Positions 61,500 to 64,000 of a stretch of DNA of 64,000 nt are shown one piece after another. The stretch is from Octopus vulgaris (lineage: Eukaryota). The stretch lies in contig OX597821.1 in NCBI GenBank assembly GCA_951406725.2, positions 49,724,001 through 49,788,000 on the forward strand, read 5' to 3'. The translations under genes were made by a program, and so were the position numbers. The notes beneath the pieces were generated by a model. That model was not told the DNA's origin, made no database searches, and saw nothing but the letters and a program-made list of their open reading frames with translations. Numbering within the stretch: the first letter of the stretch is position 1; the number at the start of each line of letters is the position of its first letter.

Positions 61500-63450
61500 C
61501 CATTTTAGCTGTAGAGACGAGTAATTGCTTCAACTTAGCATTGTATCTAAGGACGGGTCTTCCTTTACCGCGTATCTCTCTGTTTGTTGGCCATAAAAAA
61601 AAAAAACTTTCAGAATTCGTTCATCTTCCATTCGAACAAGTCGTACCCAACTACACTGAGTTCTCAGCAGCATGCTTTTGATCCAGGAGATATCACATTT
61701 TTCTATGATTTTGACATTTGATATATCTTGCTATTTTATGTTGTAGATATTCCACAGACAGCCCATATGGAAGGTCTCAAGTTTCTTTATATGTCTATAG
61801 TAAGGATTCTATTCTTCTGCCCCATACAAGTGTGTGCTCAAAATATAAGATTTGTATACACTTATTTTAGTTTTCAGATTGACATCATGTCCATCCCACA
61901 AACGATGAGTAATTTTTCCAAAAGTATTTGTAGCCTTGGATATTCTTACATTGATTTCGTCATCAAGAGTACTTTTAAAGTTGTCTGTACTTGAAAGATT
62001 TTTAAATGACCTGACTCATTTGAGCCACTTGTTAATCATCAAATTTGAATCTTCAGTACGTTCTGCGTCAGGTTTAGGTTGGAATAGCACTTCAGTCTTC
62101 TTGATGCTGATAGTCCAAATTCACAAACTGCTGCTGCAAACCTGTCGACTGTTTCTTGAATTCCTTCGAATGTATGAGAAATCAAAGTGTAATCATCAGT
62201 ATACAGCAAGCCAGGTAGAATCTCTTTCTTGGTCTTTTTCTCTGATCTAAAATTTTGCCCTTTTAGGTTTAATAGTCCTTCTGTGCGAAACTGGAATTTT
62301 ACACCTTTATGGTAAGCCCTAAATGCATGTAGAAGTATTATTGAAAAGAATATGGAAAAAAGCACAGTAGCTAAAATACAGTACTGAACATTGCTAGATA
62401 TCACTGTTCCATCTTTCTTTGATAAGGAAGACCAACTTTTAATAAAATTTTCCAGAGCGCCTCACGAATCACTGTATCAAAAGCCTTGATCAAGTCGACA
62501 AAGACCATGTACAAGTCAGTATTTTGCTCACGTACTTTTTCTTCAATTTGCTGAAGAAATTTGCGGCACGTGAACTGTGCCGCCCCAGCCCCCATATCCA
62601 CATCAAGATTCAGGAAATACGCTGTTCACTACACGCATATTAATGTGGTTAAGGATCACCCTCGCAAGAATTTTTACAGCTATGCACAAGATTATTCCCT
62701 TGTGATTATCACATACAATCTTGCCCTTATCTTTGTACAAGTGCCTTATATATCTCTCTTTGAACTGCTGGGGAACAGATCCAATTTCCGCAGATCAAAC
62801 AGATCAATTTGCGCAGCTTTCTTACAAGTTGCTTACCACCATGCGTGTGCACTTCAGTGGGAATACCATCTTGTCCTGGAGCTTTACCATTGGAAAGTTT
62901 TTCAATAGCAGTACTTATCTTTTCCAAGAAAGTATCTTCCGCAAGTTCCTCAGTTATAAGCCTCTGAGGAATTTCATTGATTGCTTCAGGATCGGTGGTG
63001 GATTCTTGATTTAATACAGATTTAAAGCGTTCAGCTCATCTTTTCAGAATTTCATTTTTACTATTTTAGACTTTTGACCCGTCGTTTGAAAGAACTTATT
63101 CCGGACCACCTTTTCTTGGACCAAATACACCTTTCGGATTGTGTCATACAATGCTCTCAGGTTGTAAGAGTTAGTAGCCTGTTTCATTTCTTGGGCTTTT
63201 TAAAATTTTTCCTCTCACGCAGTTTTTTTCTAAGTTTTCTTAGAGATGTATAGGAATCTGAGTAATGGTGCTCTTTTGTTTGAGAACCAGGCCTTGTGTC
63301 TTTTGTACATAGTTTCTAGGAGAAGTTTGATTGGAAAATCATTCTCATAGAACCAATCTTGCTTGCGTTTGATGAATCTTAGAACTTCTTCAGCAGATGA
63401 TTTGTTGATGTCACCAAACATGGGTGTTTCGTTCAACATCCTTAAACAAC
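61500..63450 (-). mobile_element. RTE/BovB-like LINE, degenerate RT region
   Basis: AIEKLSNGKAPGQDGIPTEV; QQIEEKVREQNTDLYMVFVDLIKAFDTV.REALWKIL; LATVLFSIFFS; LLYTDD. Confidence 0.88.
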
Positions 63451-63451
63451 C

Positions 63452-63703
63452 CTTATTCAGGGACCTTTTGAGCGGGATGGGTTACTCGACCAGAAAAAAA
63501 TTCTAACTGGGCCCCCACCTGCAAGGTCCTGTGATGTTTGTCTTGATATAAAATCACCATATAGGGCACACATGGTTGTGATGCATGTGCCTGGTGTACC
63601 GTTATCAGACGGGTAGTCATGCTGGGTATACTGGGCTTCGTATATTTTACCCCAGTGTTACTTTGATGGCATGCACTGCTCTCTCTCACTCAATAATAAT
63701 AAT
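63452..63703 (+). mobile_element. Retroelement 3' end with (AAT)n tail (probably R4/Dong-type UTR or derived SINE)
   Basis: Abrupt GC-richer block ending CTCTCTCACTC(AAT)n. Confidence 0.4.
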
Positions 63704-63714
63704 ACTCTCAAAAA

Positions 63715-63920
63715 TTAAGTTAAAAAACAGGTAAAATAATCTAGAATCCTTTTCCGGTAATGGGTCGATCCCAAAATCTAATCAGTTCCTGCTAGTCCCG
63801 AAGCCAAACATCCCTGAAAGTTTTATCCGAATCCATCCGGCGGTTCTTGAGATATCTTGTCCACGGACAGACACAACTGTAAACAATACCTCCGACTTTG
63901 ATAAGGTGGAAGTTATAATA
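63715..63920 (+). mobile_element. Helentron-associated (DINE-1/HINE-like) non-autonomous element 3' part
   Basis: AAGTTTTATCCGAATCCATCC..GAGATATC..GGACAGACA..TACCTCCG...GTGGAAGTTA terminal hairpin arrangement. Confidence 0.45.
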
Positions 63921-64000
63921 GTTAAAATAATAATGATAACGACAATGAAAAATAAAATAAATGAACAAAGCAATACGATAAGATAAAACAATAAAAAACT

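Overview
AT-rich, microsatellite-saturated eukaryotic DNA with no recognisable host protein-coding gene. The SINE families and repeat spectrum suggest an Octopus (cephalopod) intergenic or intronic region; this is an inference. Almost all explained sequence is transposon-derived: a degenerate Helitron helicase, two Penelope-like (PLE) GIY-YIG elements, RTE, CR1 and R4/Dong LINE fragments, Tc1/mariner remnants, MITEs, more than 25 SINE copies, and several satellites. The most notable items are: (1) a young 3.0-kb Gypsy element with 217-bp LTRs (3 mismatches), a 5-bp TSD, a tRNA-Leu PBS and a PPT, whose single open 792-aa ORF encodes Gag-protease-integrase core but lacks RT/RNase H and the integrase HHCC finger, with every junction in frame; (2) at least 7-9 minimal hammerhead-ribozyme motifs with palindromic stem III and variant cores, carried by short microsatellite-flanked PLE-derived modules; (3) a 1.9-kb telomere-like (TTCGGG/TTCGGC)n array with a SINE-derived spacer; (4) two adjacent, opposite-orientation minisatellites built on the same dispersed-repeat core. 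Most ORFs in the supplied track are microsatellite artefacts. Boundaries of degenerate elements are approximate and were read by eye.
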